A stretch of 33,748 nt of DNA from Parcubacteria group bacterium Gr01-1014_56 (lineage in GTDB: Bacteria; Patescibacteriota; Minisyncoccia; Phycocordibacterales; SBAW01), in NCBI GenBank assembly GCA_007375995.1, contig VMFK01000005.1, forward strand, positions 1 through 33,748, in the 5' to 3' direction. The notes under the pieces were generated by a model. That model did no database searches, had not been told where the DNA came from, and saw only the letters and a list, made by a program, of their open reading frames with translations. Shown in pieces: positions 15,281 through 23,401 of this stretch; within the stretch, counting starts at the first letter, position 1, and each line of letters starts with the position of its first letter. Made by a program: the position numbers and the translations under genes.

Positions 15281-15852
15281 GAAAGTTTGAGGGCCTTCAA
15301 TATGCTTTGATGTACATTTTCTATCGTATCTTCTCCGCTCACCGTTACTAATGTTCCTTGGCCGCGGAAAAAATCTATTGCCGGTTTGGTGTCGTTGCGA
15401 TAATTTGTGAATCTGCTTTTAATGACATCAGCCGCATCGTCAGCCCTGTGCTCTATTGCATGTCGCTGTGTGAGTCGCTTGTAGAGAGGCTCCTCTTGTA
15501 CATCAATAAAAATAGCCTGGTAGGAGCGTCCGAGCCACGCTGCTACTTCTTCAAACCGCTCTGCTTCCAAAAGCGTTCGGCAGGCACCCTCAAATACTAT
15601 CCCGTCGCCTGGCTCAAGCGAAAAAAGTGTTTGCTCGTAGAGAAACGAGGCGAGCCAGTGTGGGAGGAGCCCGCCCATATCGATTTCTGATTTTACTTTT
15701 TTACCCAAAAAAGACGCTTCTGCTGAGAGCTCGCGAAACCGCGCGCCGGAGGAGTAGAGCTGTGCACCGATTTTGTCGGCAAGCAACTTGCCTTGAGTGC
15801 CTTTTCCCGAGCCGGGTGGCCCCATCATTAAAAATGTCCGGATATCTGACAT
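15277..15852 (-). CDS. adk: Adenylate kinase (short form, no Zn lid)
   Basis: P-loop 'GPPGSGKGTQ'. Start at ATG 15852 (MSDIRTFLMMGPPGSGKG), 4 nt after the secY stop. Confidence 0.9.
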   Translation of the reverse strand: MSDIRTFLMMGPPGSGKGTQGKLLADKIGAQLYSSGARFRELSAEASFLGKKVKSEIDMGGLLPHWLASFLYEQTLFSLEPGDGIVFEGACRTLLEAERFEEVAAWLGRSYQAIFIDVQEEPLYKRLTQRHAIEHRADDAADVIKSRFTNYRNDTKPAIDFFRGQGTLVTVSGEDTIENVHQSILKALKLS

Positions 15853-15856
15853 TCTT

Positions 15857-17128
15857 TTAATACTCGCGTATAGAAATCTGCGCGTCAATGCGACGCGCGA
15901 GGTCAAGAATAACCGAAACAACAATGAGGAGCGCGGTGCCGCCGAGCGCGAGTGTTGTAATGCCGGTTATCGACTGCATAATGATCGGCAACACCGCAAT
16001 GATCGCCAAGAAAAGCGCCCCCACAAAGGTGATCCGAGTGATGATTTTGGCCAGATACTCCGAAGTTGAGCCTCCTGGCCTAACACCGGGGATAAAGGCG
16101 CCGTTCTTTTGGAGATTCTCTGAGATCTGCTTGGGGTCGAACGTCACCGCTGTATAGAAGTAGGTGAAGAAAAACACAAAAAGGAAATAGAGCGCCCCGT
16201 AAAGGGCAAGATTTTGGAAGGCACCGAGCATCGAAGCTGAAATAGCCGAGAGGACAGCATTGCTTGAGGTCGCAAAGAAGCTTGCAAACATCTGAGGGAT
16301 AAGAAGCAGAGAAAGCGCGAAGATGATCGGGATCACCCCTGCCTGGTTGAGCCGCAGCGGCAGGTAAGTCGACCCGCCGCCAAAAAATTTCATACCACGA
16401 ACACGTTTGGCGTAGGTCACTGGCACTGGTCGCTCAGCTTCGCTTATAAACACCACAGCCGCAACAACCGCAACAGTAGCTGCAAGAAACGCCGCGTAGA
16501 GCGGCACCTGTGTCGTGTCGAACGAGAAGACCGCTTGACTGATTTGCTGCGGGAGGCCGGCGACGATGCCCGCAAAAATAATGAGCGAGACACCATTGCC
16601 AAGACCAAACTCCGAGATAAGTTCGCCGATCCACATGAGGAGTATCGAACCCGCTACGACCACAAGAAGGTTAACGCCAAACTGAAACGGGGTGAGGTTC
16701 GTGAGCACGCCCTGCCGCTCGAGTATAAGAAGAAAGCTGATAGCCTGAGTTACCGCGATTGGTAAGGAGAGCATACGAGTATACTGGCTAAATTTTTGCC
16801 GGCCTAGCTCCCCCTCCTCCTGGTACAAGTTCTTAAGCATGGGGACCATCATCATAAGGAGCTGCATGATGATTGAGGCGGTAATATACGGAGCCACACC
16901 GAGCATCATGATCGAGAGGCTGGAGAGGCCGCCGCCGGAGAAGAGGTTGAGGAGGCCAAAAAATTGATTGTTACTAAAGAAAAGCTCCAGTTGCGAGGCG
17001 TTAACGCCAGGGATCGGTATCGCCGCAAGCACGCGGAAAATCGCCAAAGCCCCAAGGACAAAAAGCAGCCTACTGCGCAGAGATTTATCCGAGATGAGGA
17101 GTGTGAGTCGTTGAAGAAAAGAGTTCAT
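15857..17128 (-). CDS. secY: Preprotein translocase subunit SecY
   Basis: 10-TM protein with 'GVNASQL..F', 'SLSIMMLGVAPYITASIIMQLL' and 'GGSTYLPLRLNQAGVIPIIFA'. Position after rplO. Confidence 0.95.
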   Translation of the reverse strand: MNSFLQRLTLLISDKSLRSRLLFVLGALAIFRVLAAIPIPGVNASQLELFFSNNQFFGLLNLFSGGGLSSLSIMMLGVAPYITASIIMQLLMMMVPMLKNLYQEEGELGRQKFSQYTRMLSLPIAVTQAISFLLILERQGVLTNLTPFQFGVNLLVVVAGSILLMWIGELISEFGLGNGVSLIIFAGIVAGLPQQISQAVFSFDTTQVPLYAAFLAATVAVVAAVVFISEAERPVPVTYAKRVRGMKFFGGGSTYLPLRLNQAGVIPIIFALSLLLIPQMFASFFATSSNAVLSAISASMLGAFQNLALYGALYFLFVFFFTYFYTAVTFDPKQISENLQKNGAFIPGVRPGGSTSEYLAKIITRITFVGALFLAIIAVLPIIMQSITGITTLALGGTALLIVVSVILDLARRIDAQISIREY

Positions 17129-17136
17129 AGGGGTGA

Positions 17137-17559
17137 TTAAGCCACAATGGAGCCGCCAGCTTTTTCAATCTTAGCGCGAGCCGAGCCTGATACCAAACAT
17201 CCTGAAAGTATGAGCTTTTTGGTGACCTCGCCATCGCCGAGGATCTTGATCTTCATCCCCGGCTTTACTGCACCGCGCTCCACAAGGATTTTTGGGTTAA
17301 CCGCATCTCCTGGCGAGAAAAACTTTTCAAGATGTGCAATATTGATAACCGCAGGTTTGTCTTGGATGCTCTTAAAGTTATATCCACGGCGCTTGGGGAG
17401 CTTTTTGAGCTGCTCGCGAATCGCTGGCATGATGCGATGTCCTGCGCGAGCCTTCTGCCCTTTGGTACCGCGGCCAGCAGTCTTGCCACGTCCGCCGCCA
17501 CGGCCGACGCGCTTCACTTTTTTCTGGGGGGTTGCCCGCTTTAGTTCGTGGAGTTGCAT
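17137..17559 (-). CDS. rplO: 50S ribosomal protein L15
   Basis: 'RVGRGGGRGKTAGRGTKGQKARAG' motif and operon position. Confidence 0.95.
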   Translation of the reverse strand: MQLHELKRATPQKKVKRVGRGGGRGKTAGRGTKGQKARAGHRIMPAIREQLKKLPKRRGYNFKSIQDKPAVINIAHLEKFFSPGDAVNPKILVERGAVKPGMKIKILGDGEVTKKLILSGCLVSGSARAKIEKAGGSIVA

Positions 17560-17602
17560 AATAGTTTTATGATTGCTTTTTTATTTTGAAATCTTCAAAA
17601 TG

Positions 17603-18241
17603 CTACGCTTTTAAAGATTTCAGGGCCTCAATAGTTGCGCGAGCATTGTTAAGGCCGTTTTTGCTACCAGAATGTATTTTGGCGACAATATTTGTGATGC
17701 CAGCAAGCTCAAGCACGAGGCGCGCTGAGGAGCCTGCGACAAGACCGCGCCCTTTGGCCGGTATAAGCAGCACCCTTGAGGCACAATATTTTGCCGACAC
17801 TTCGTGAGCGATCGAAGAATCTTTATTGAGATTAACCGTGATCATGTGCTTCTTAGCCTCGCGGGTCGCCTTGTCTATCGCGAGCGTTGTGTCGCCCGCC
17901 TTCCCTACCCCTACCCCTACCTTTCCTTTTTTGTTGCCGATAATGAGCGCAACACTAAAGGAGAAGCGGCGACCGCCGGCGATCACGCGCGCCACGCGGC
18001 GGATATTAATCATACGTGTATCAAATTCGCTTTTACGCTCGGTTCTGCCGCCGCTTCTGCCACCTGGCCTACCACCACGCTTGTCTCCGCCGCGACCGCG
18101 GCGCTCACGACGTGGGCCACGGGCATCTGCTCCTGGTGCGGCAGGGGCGGCCGCTTCGGGTGCGTCAGCGATAACCTCCTCTGCTACCTCAAGAGCAGGT
18201 TCTTCGATCTTTATTTCTTTTTCAGTGTTTGTTTCAGTCAT
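17603..18241 (-). CDS. rpsE: 30S ribosomal protein S5 with ~65-aa acidic/RGG-rich N-terminal extension
   Basis: Core 'INIRRVARVIAGGRRFSFSVALIIGNKKGKVGVGVGKAGD...AI.KA'. The extension is 'EEPALEVAEEV...RRERRGRGGDKRGGRPGGRSGGR'. Confidence 0.95.
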   Translation of the reverse strand: MTETNTEKEIKIEEPALEVAEEVIADAPEAAAPAAPGADARGPRRERRGRGGDKRGGRPGGRSGGRTERKSEFDTRMINIRRVARVIAGGRRFSFSVALIIGNKKGKVGVGVGKAGDTTLAIDKATREAKKHMITVNLNKDSSIAHEVSAKYCASRVLLIPAKGRGLVAGSSARLVLELAGITNIVAKIHSGSKNGLNNARATIEALKSLKA

Positions 18242-18269
18242 ACAATTACTTGTGGTGAGTCATATCGAA
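18242..18269 (-). repeat. Conserved intercistronic spacer (rplR-rpsE), copy 1
   Basis: Minus strand: TAG-TTCGATATGACTCACCACAAGTAATTGT-ATG. 24/27 identical to 19154-19180. Confidence 0.8.
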
Positions 18270-18614
18270 CTACATAGTGAGTCCTGCCTCGCGCGCAGCA
18301 TCTGCGAGTATCGCAACGCGGCCAGTATAGCGGAAACCGCCACGGTCAAACACTACCGCCTTTATCCCCGCTGCCTGAGCACGTTTTGCTAAATCTTTTC
18401 CGAGTTCTTTGGCTGCAGCAGTTTTCTTAGCCTTCATACCCTTTGTGCTGCCGGCAATGAGTGTCTTACCTGCTTCGTCGTCGATGACCTGCGCATGAAT
18501 ATAACGATTAGACTTGTACACTGCAAGACGTGGGCGCAGAGCGCTCCCGATCACGCGCGAGCGGATACGTGCATGACGACGCTGACGGCTTTGAGTTTTA
18601 GTAATCGATTTCAT
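18270..18614 (-). CDS. rplR: 50S ribosomal protein L18
   Basis: 'RRHARIRSRV.G...PRLAVYKSNRYIHAQVIDD' and 'FDRGGFRYTGRV'. Confidence 0.95.
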   Translation of the reverse strand: MKSITKTQSRQRRHARIRSRVIGSALRPRLAVYKSNRYIHAQVIDDEAGKTLIAGSTKGMKAKKTAAAKELGKDLAKRAQAAGIKAVVFDRGGFRYTGRVAILADAAREAGLTM

Positions 18615-18619
18615 ATTGT

Positions 18620-19153
18620 CTATGCAGCCTTTTTGCCCTGCTTGCGGCGAACTACCTCCTTGTCATAACGGATGCCCTTGCCCTTGTATGGCTCTGGTTT
18701 CTTGAGCTCGCGCACATTTGCGGCGAACTGTCCGACCAACTCTTTATCAAAACCTGCTATAGAGAGAGCGCCTTTATCGATCGTGACAGCGAGGCCCTCG
18801 GGGATCGTCATTTTGACCGGGTGAGAAAAACCAAGAGAGAGGTTGAGATTCTTACCTGCGACATCCCACTTGTAGCCGACACCTTCGATCAAAAGTTTTT
18901 TTACAAATCCGCTGTTTACTCCCTCGATCATGTTGCGAACATGAGACGCGTAGCTCCCGAGTGCAGCGCGTGCCTCAATCGACTCAGATTTTGTGGCTAC
19001 TTGCACACCCCCCTCGCCTACCGCAACAGAGACAAGGGTGTGGCCCGCGCGCGTGAGCGTGCCCTTGGGGCCCTTGACCTTGATCTCGCCGTTTTGGACG
19101 GAGACCTCGGTCTTGGCCGGAATCATGATAGGTTGTTTTGCAAGTCGTGACAT
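18620..19153 (-). CDS. rplF: 50S ribosomal protein L6
   Basis: 'MSRLAKQPI.IP..TEV......I.VKGPKG' and 'EGVGYK...G..L.L.LGFSHPV'. Confidence 0.95.
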   Translation of the reverse strand: MSRLAKQPIMIPAKTEVSVQNGEIKVKGPKGTLTRAGHTLVSVAVGEGGVQVATKSESIEARAALGSYASHVRNMIEGVNSGFVKKLLIEGVGYKWDVAGKNLNLSLGFSHPVKMTIPEGLAVTIDKGALSIAGFDKELVGQFAANVRELKKPEPYKGKGIRYDKEVVRRKQGKKAA

Positions 19154-19180
19154 AAATTACTTGTGGTGAATCATATTGAA
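19154..19180 (-). repeat. Conserved intercistronic spacer (rpsH-rplF), copy 2
   Basis: Minus strand: TAG-TTCAATATGATTCACCACAAGTAATTT-ATG. Confidence 0.8.
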
Positions 19181-19564
19181 CTACCAAATTTCGAACAGGG
19201 CTTCGCCGCCGACTCTCTTCAGCTTAGCTTCTTTGCCAGTCAAAATGCCTTCTGGAGTTGAGAGTACAAGGAGACCGTGTCCACGCTTCACCGGTTTAAT
19301 ATCATGGATGCTCATGTACATGCGACGCGAAGGCTTTGAAATGCGCTTCGCTCCGGTTATAGCCGGGCGGCCGTTCTTGTAGAGGAGCGAGACTGAAAGC
19401 GAGGCGCCCTTCTTTTGGTCGACAGTACTCACATACCCTTCCTTCTCAAGGATTTGTGCGATCGAAAATTTCATCCGTGAGTACGGCATAGAGACACCCT
19501 CCTTTTTAACTTTGGAAGCGTTTTGCAAACGTATAAGAAAATCTGCGATTGGGTCAGTTACCAT
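19181..19564 (-). CDS. rpsH: 30S ribosomal protein S8
   Basis: 'DPIADFLIRLQNA' and 'GLLVLSTPEGILT..EA...VGGEALFEIW'. Confidence 0.95.
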   Translation of the reverse strand: MVTDPIADFLIRLQNASKVKKEGVSMPYSRMKFSIAQILEKEGYVSTVDQKKGASLSVSLLYKNGRPAITGAKRISKPSRRMYMSIHDIKPVKRGHGLLVLSTPEGILTGKEAKLKRVGGEALFEIW

Positions 19565-19590
19565 ACAATTAATTTAAGACGGGCACAGCA

Positions 19591-19776
19591 TTACCAAGAT
19601 GATTTTCGAACGCCAGGAATAAGCCCCTCGTTTGCTGCCTCTCTAAAGCAGGCTCGGCACATGCCGAAGTCCCGCATAAAGGCGCGTTTGCGCCCGCAGC
19701 GAAAGCAACGACGAACAACCCGAGAAGCGAACTTCGGCGGGCGGTTTGAGCGCGCAACTGTGGACTTTTTTGCCAT
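19591..19776 (-). CDS. rpsN: 30S ribosomal protein S14, zinc-binding type Z (61 aa)
   Basis: '[22 protein letters not shown]' with CxxC..CxxC. Position between rplE and rpsH. Confidence 0.95.
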   Translation of the reverse strand: MAKKSTVARSNRPPKFASRVVRRCFRCGRKRAFMRDFGMCRACFREAANEGLIPGVRKSSW

Positions 19777-19864
19777 ATGAATGGTTTACCCCTCTTTTGT
19801 CCTTTGGGGGTTATGATCCTGCTGGTATCCCTCGCCTTTCGACTAAACGAGACCTAACAGAAAA

Positions 19865-19887
19865 AAGGAGCCCCTGATGGGCTCCTT
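19865..19887 (-). terminator. Hairpin AAGGAGCCC-aucag-GGGCUCCUU followed by a U-run, inside the spc operon
   Basis: 9-bp stem read directly. The plus-strand A-run at 19861-19866 gives the U-tract on the minus strand. Located in the 178-nt rplE-rpsN gap. Confidence 0.5.
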
Positions 19888-19954
19888 AAAATATACGCGA
19901 AGGGGGCTATAAAGTCAAATTCGACTTACTTTTGCTTTTTTATTTGTTCAAAAA

Positions 19955-20494
19955 TTATTTTTTGAAAGGAAAGCCGAGGTGGGTAAGATAGGCTTTTGCT
20001 TCTACTTTATTTTTTGCAGTGGTGACAACCGTAACCGCCATGCCGAAGACATCTTTAATATCCTCGTCTGTAGTCTCGGGGAACACGACATGCTCTTTGA
20101 CCCCTAAGGTAAAGTTACCCATCTCGTCAATTGCGCTCTCCTCAAGACCTTTAAAGTCCTTGGTGCGTGGGAGTGCCACATGGATAAGACGGTTAAGAAA
20201 ATCCTCTGCGCGCTTGCCACGCAGTGTTATCTGGTAGCCGACCGTGTCGCCCACCCGAGTCTTAAAGGTAGCGATCGCTTTTTTAGCACCGCGAGTAACT
20301 GCCTTCTGCCCGGTAATTTTAGCAAGGCGGTCTTGCACGAGCTCGAGCTTGCCCTTCTCTTTAACCATTTTGCCGACGCCAACTGAGATCACTACCTTTT
20401 CGATCTTGATGGTTTGCATGACATTGCTCCACCCGAAATTTCCTTTCAGTCCGTCAAATGCTGTCTTCTGTTGTGCTTGAAGTAGGTTTGCCAT
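19955..20494 (-). CDS. rplE: 50S ribosomal protein L5
   Basis: 'I.KVVISVGVG' and 'GQKAV.T.AKK.IA.FK.R.G...G..ITLRG..AEDFL.RLI...LPR..DF.G' pattern. Confidence 0.95.
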   Translation of the reverse strand: MANLLQAQQKTAFDGLKGNFGWSNVMQTIKIEKVVISVGVGKMVKEKGKLELVQDRLAKITGQKAVTRGAKKAIATFKTRVGDTVGYQITLRGKRAEDFLNRLIHVALPRTKDFKGLEESAIDEMGNFTLGVKEHVVFPETTDEDIKDVFGMAVTVVTTAKNKVEAKAYLTHLGFPFKK

Positions 20495-20497
20495 ATA

Positions 20498-20938
20498 TTA
20501 TTTTTTTAAACTCACGTTGCTTGCGTGTATAGGAAATTGTTTATCAATTATTTGTCCCTTCTGGCCTTCGCGCCTTGGCTTTGCATGTTTTTTACGCATG
20601 CCAGTGCCCTCCACGAGCACCATGTTGGTCTTAGGGAAGACTTGCGTAACTTTGCCGCTCTTGCCGCGGTCAACGCCAGCAAGAACTACTACGGTATCGC
20701 CTTTTTTTATATATGAGCCGTCTTTGCGACGAAATGCTTTGCGCTGACGCACTACGACACCACGAAGTATGTCCTTCTTTTTAACTCCTTTGCGCGGCTC
20801 AGCCACCTGGACCGAGAGCGTGACCAGTTCGCCTATCTCAGCATAGCGCTTTGCGGCGCTCCCAAGCACTTTGAAAACGCGGCCGATTTTGGCACCTGAG
20901 TTGTCTGCTATGACGACGAGTGAGCGATCTTGAATCAT
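20498..20938 (-). CDS. rplN/rplX: In-frame chimera: N-terminal ~77 aa of L14 fused to L24 (KOW domain onward)
   Basis: 'MIQDRSLVVIADNSGAKIGRVFKVLGSAAKRYAEIGE...RRKDGSYI' is L14 up to the conserved DGS.I. It continues directly as 'KKGDTVVVLAGVDRGKSGKV...VEG....KKH.KP...IHASNV', which is L24. 441 nt total versus ~600-690 nt expected for two genes. Confidence 0.8.
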   Translation of the reverse strand: MIQDRSLVVIADNSGAKIGRVFKVLGSAAKRYAEIGELVTLSVQVAEPRKGVKKKDILRGVVVRQRKAFRRKDGSYIKKGDTVVVLAGVDRGKSGKVTQVFPKTNMVLVEGTGMRKKHAKPRREGQKGQIIDKQFPIHASNVSLKK

Positions 20939-20943
20939 AAATG

Positions 20944-21210
20944 TTAATTCTCCTTTGCGAAGACTATTTCAAAAGACTTCGTCTTCGAGAGCGGCCGGCA
21001 CGAGCGGATAGTTACTGTCTCCCCTTCTTTTGCACGGTTGCCAGGGTTGTGTGCGTGATATTTCTTACTCGTCTTCATGTACTTTTTGTACTTTGGATGC
21101 TTGACGTAGCGAGACACCAGCACCACGGCTGTGTCCGTCATTTTGTCGGATACTACGGTGCCGCGAAGTGTCTTCTTATGCTTTTTTATTTCTTGGATTT
21201 TTGTTTCCAT
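20944..21210 (-). CDS. rpsQ: 30S ribosomal protein S17
   Basis: 'LRGTVVSDKMTDTAVVLVSRYVKHPKYKKY.K.SKKYHAH'. Confidence 0.95.
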   Translation of the reverse strand: METKIQEIKKHKKTLRGTVVSDKMTDTAVVLVSRYVKHPKYKKYMKTSKKYHAHNPGNRAKEGETVTIRSCRPLSKTKSFEIVFAKEN

Positions 21211-21215
21211 ATAAT

Positions 21216-21422
21216 TTATTTGTTGCTTGTTCCGAGTTTTATCGAGGAAAGCTGAGTTAAGGCGCGAGCGATCTCTTTGCGCAGGCTCCGGCCGAGCTTT
21301 ACATTGCGATTTTTACTCCCTGCGAGCGAAAAACGCAAGGCGCGAAGCTCCTCACGTTTGGTCCCCGCCAACTTTGTGAGTTCCTCCTGGCTATGATTGA
21401 TGAGTGATGTTTTCTTTGCCAT
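21216..21422 (-). CDS. rpmC: 50S ribosomal protein L29
   Basis: 'EEL......EL.ALRF....S.N.NV..GRSLRKEIAR'. ATG at 21422 is preferred over the upstream TTG at 21440. Confidence 0.9.
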   Translation of the reverse strand: MAKKTSLINHSQEELTKLAGTKREELRALRFSLAGSKNRNVKLGRSLRKEIARALTQLSSIKLGTSNK

Positions 21423-21455
21423 ATCTTTTTGATTTATCAAAATAAATTTTGATGT

Positions 21456-21875
21456 TTAGTGTCGTGCAACAACCTTGGTTTTAAGCGGGAGTTTCTTGCC
21501 GGCCTTTACGAGCGTCTGAATTGCGATAGCGTCCCCTACTCCGTCTACCTCAAAGAGTACACGGCCAGGCCACACCTCTATCTCGTAGCCGACCGGGTCG
21601 CCCTTGCCCTTGCCAAGCTTCACCTCCGGCGGCTTCTGCGTAAACGGCTTGTCAGGAAATACGCGTAGCCACATTTTGCCGGTCTTGCCCAAGCTCCTCA
21701 CTATCACCTTGCGCGAGCTTTCAAGTTGGTTGCTGCGCACGCGCGCGTGGCTTGTGGCTTTAAGGCCGTGGGAGCCAAAGGCAACCGTTATGCCGCGGGT
21801 CTCTACCTTACCCTTTTTTGCATTGCGGCGCATGGTGTGCCACTTTCTATATTTAACTTTTTTAGGAAACAACAT
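21456..21875 (-). CDS. rplP: 50S ribosomal protein L16
   Basis: 'MLFPKKVKYRKWH..R' and 'RVFPDKP.T.KP.EV.LGKGKG.P..Y'. Confidence 0.95.
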   Translation of the reverse strand: MLFPKKVKYRKWHTMRRNAKKGKVETRGITVAFGSHGLKATSHARVRSNQLESSRKVIVRSLGKTGKMWLRVFPDKPFTQKPPEVKLGKGKGDPVGYEIEVWPGRVLFEVDGVGDAIAIQTLVKAGKKLPLKTKVVARH

Positions 21876-21880
21876 ACAAT

Positions 21881-22558
21881 TTATTTACTTTTCTCTTTAC
21901 CGGCGGCATCGGCAAACACTTCGCCACGGTAGATCCAAACTTTGACGCCGATAACGCCGAGTGGCAGGTTTGCGCGCTCTTTGGCAAAGTCGATGTCGGA
22001 GCGGAAGGTTTGGAGCGGGATGCGACCTTTCTTGAGCTCCTCAGTGCGCGACATAGAGCCGCCGCCGAGCATGCCGGCTACACCGATGCGTACGCCCTTG
22101 ACGTCGCGGTTGGCCATCACCTTTTCGATCGTCTGTTTGAGTACACGACGAAACGGCATGCGCTTCTCCAAGCTCTCGGCCACCATGTAGGCAACAATTG
22201 CCGCATTGCTCTCTGGAGAGCGGATCTCCTCAATGTCGAGTTTTACTTCTGGCACTCGGAGCTTTTTATGCTGCAAAAATGCAACGATTTTATTGCGCAG
22301 TTTAAGCGAGCCCTCACCAGAGCGGCCGATAATGAGCCCCGGGCGCGAAGTTTTTAGAATCACGCGGAGCGTCTTGTCGTTGCGCTCGATCTCGATGCCG
22401 CCAATATACATACCGCGCAGCTCTCTCAGGAGATATTCGCGCAGGAGTATGTCCGCCTTGAGATACTCTTGGTACTTAGTACCTGAAGCAAACCAACGAT
22501 GACGCCAGTCACGCAGTATCCCGAGTCGGTGTGCAAATGGATTAACTACTTTAGACAT
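21881..22558 (-). CDS. rpsC: 30S ribosomal protein S3
   Basis: Start at ATG 22558 (MSKVVNPFAHRLGI..DW...WFA). KH domain 'IIGRSGEG'; 'GRI.GA.MSRTE' region. Confidence 0.95.
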   Translation of the reverse strand: MSKVVNPFAHRLGILRDWRHRWFASGTKYQEYLKADILLREYLLRELRGMYIGGIEIERNDKTLRVILKTSRPGLIIGRSGEGSLKLRNKIVAFLQHKKLRVPEVKLDIEEIRSPESNAAIVAYMVAESLEKRMPFRRVLKQTIEKVMANRDVKGVRIGVAGMLGGGSMSRTEELKKGRIPLQTFRSDIDFAKERANLPLGVIGVKVWIYRGEVFADAAGKEKSK

Positions 22559-22562
22559 ACAA

Positions 22563-22952
22563 TTATTTATCCTGAGCGGAGTCGAAGGATTTGGCGACGG
22601 CCTTCTTAGCCTTTTTTGCCGACTTTGGCAGAGCAGCAGAAAGTGCAAGTGTGATCACACTGGTCTTTTTGCGGATCATGCTTGCCCGGCCGCGCGCGCG
22701 CGGCATCTGACGTTTAAAAACTACACCGCCGTTTACCTCGATCTTAGAAATGTAGAGCGTGGAGGCATCTGTCTTTGCATTTGAAACTGCAGAGAGGAGG
22801 AGTTTTGCCATTGGGTCGCTGCCGCGCTTAGGGAGTGTTGAGAGGAGCGCGAGAGCATTAGCAACGTTTCTACCGCGGATAAGGTCAGCGATAAGACGCA
22901 CCTTGCGAGGAGATTGTCGGTAGTTACTAAGTTGTGCGGTAGATGCTGTCAT
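22563..22952 (-). CDS. rplV: 50S ribosomal protein L22 (Lys-rich C-terminal tail)
   Basis: 'RQSPRKVRLIADLIRGRNV..AL..L' and 'I.V..G...KR..PRARGRA..I.KKTS.IT'. Confidence 0.95.
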   Translation of the reverse strand: MTASTAQLSNYRQSPRKVRLIADLIRGRNVANALALLSTLPKRGSDPMAKLLLSAVSNAKTDASTLYISKIEVNGGVVFKRQMPRARGRASMIRKKTSVITLALSAALPKSAKKAKKAVAKSFDSAQDK

Positions 22953-22982
22953 ACAATTATTATTTATAGTGAGCCTGTCGAA
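22953..22982 (-). repeat. Intercistronic spacer (rpsS-rplV), diverged copy 3 of the conserved spacer
   Basis: Minus strand: TAG-TTCGACAGGCTCACTATAAATAATAATTGT-ATG. Shares TAG-TTCGA..TCAC..AATTGT-ATG with copies 1 and 2. Confidence 0.55.
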
Positions 22983-23354
22983 CTATTTCTTTGCTGCTGG
23001 CGCACCTGCTTTGCCGCCACTTGCCTCTGCCGCGGCCTTGGCTGCACCTGCTGCCGCTATCTCAGACTCCTTAGCTTTGATCTCGAGCTCCTTCTGCATT
23101 TTACCGCCGTGGCGAGTAAACTTTTTGGTGGGAGAGAATTCGCCCAGGCGATGCCCGACCATATCCTCGCTCACCAATACCTCTATATGCTTCATGCCGT
23201 TGTAGACGCCGAACTTGAAACCGACCATCTCAGGAGCGATTTGCGAGCGGCGCGCCCACGTCTTTATAGGCTCAGCAGTCTGAGGTTTCTTGCCCTCAAT
23301 TTTCTTGAGGAGTTTAGCGTCCACGTAGGGACCTTTGCTGATTGATCGTGCCAT
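22983..23354 (-). CDS. rpsS: 30S ribosomal protein S19 with ~35-aa Ala/Lys-rich C-terminal extension
   Basis: '[18 protein letters not shown]', 'V.NG......V.V.EDMVGH.LGEF.PT', then '[31 protein letters not shown]'. Confidence 0.95.
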   Translation of the reverse strand: MARSISKGPYVDAKLLKKIEGKKPQTAEPIKTWARRSQIAPEMVGFKFGVYNGMKHIEVLVSEDMVGHRLGEFSPTKKFTRHGGKMQKELEIKAKESEIAAAGAAKAAAEASGGKAGAPAAKK

Positions 23355-23401
23355 AATTTGTGTTCTTTTCTAAACAAAAACCCGCCGTGCGGGAGTAAAA
23401 A

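Noticed and set aside
15853-15924. Longer N-terminal extensions offered by the ORF track (adk to 15924, rpsC to 22648, beta-CASP to 13296, PG-binding protein to 30997, 5731-5991, 6078-6551, 9622-9990, tuf to 29750, rpmC to 21440)
   Set aside because: The extensions overlap upstream genes or conserved non-coding modules and add non-homologous residues. Internal ATGs reproduce the canonical N-termini.
17826-18392. 188-aa plus-strand ORF, and similar long plus-strand ORFs at 25628-26257, 26058-26519, 29244-29738, 14628-14957, 14800-15180, 24467-24940 and 17147-17572
   Set aside because: All lie antisense to unmistakable ribosomal, tuf or map genes. Their translations are low-complexity (Pro/Arg/Ala/Ser-rich) and they lack start-site signals. 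They are typical shadow ORFs of GC-rich coding DNA.
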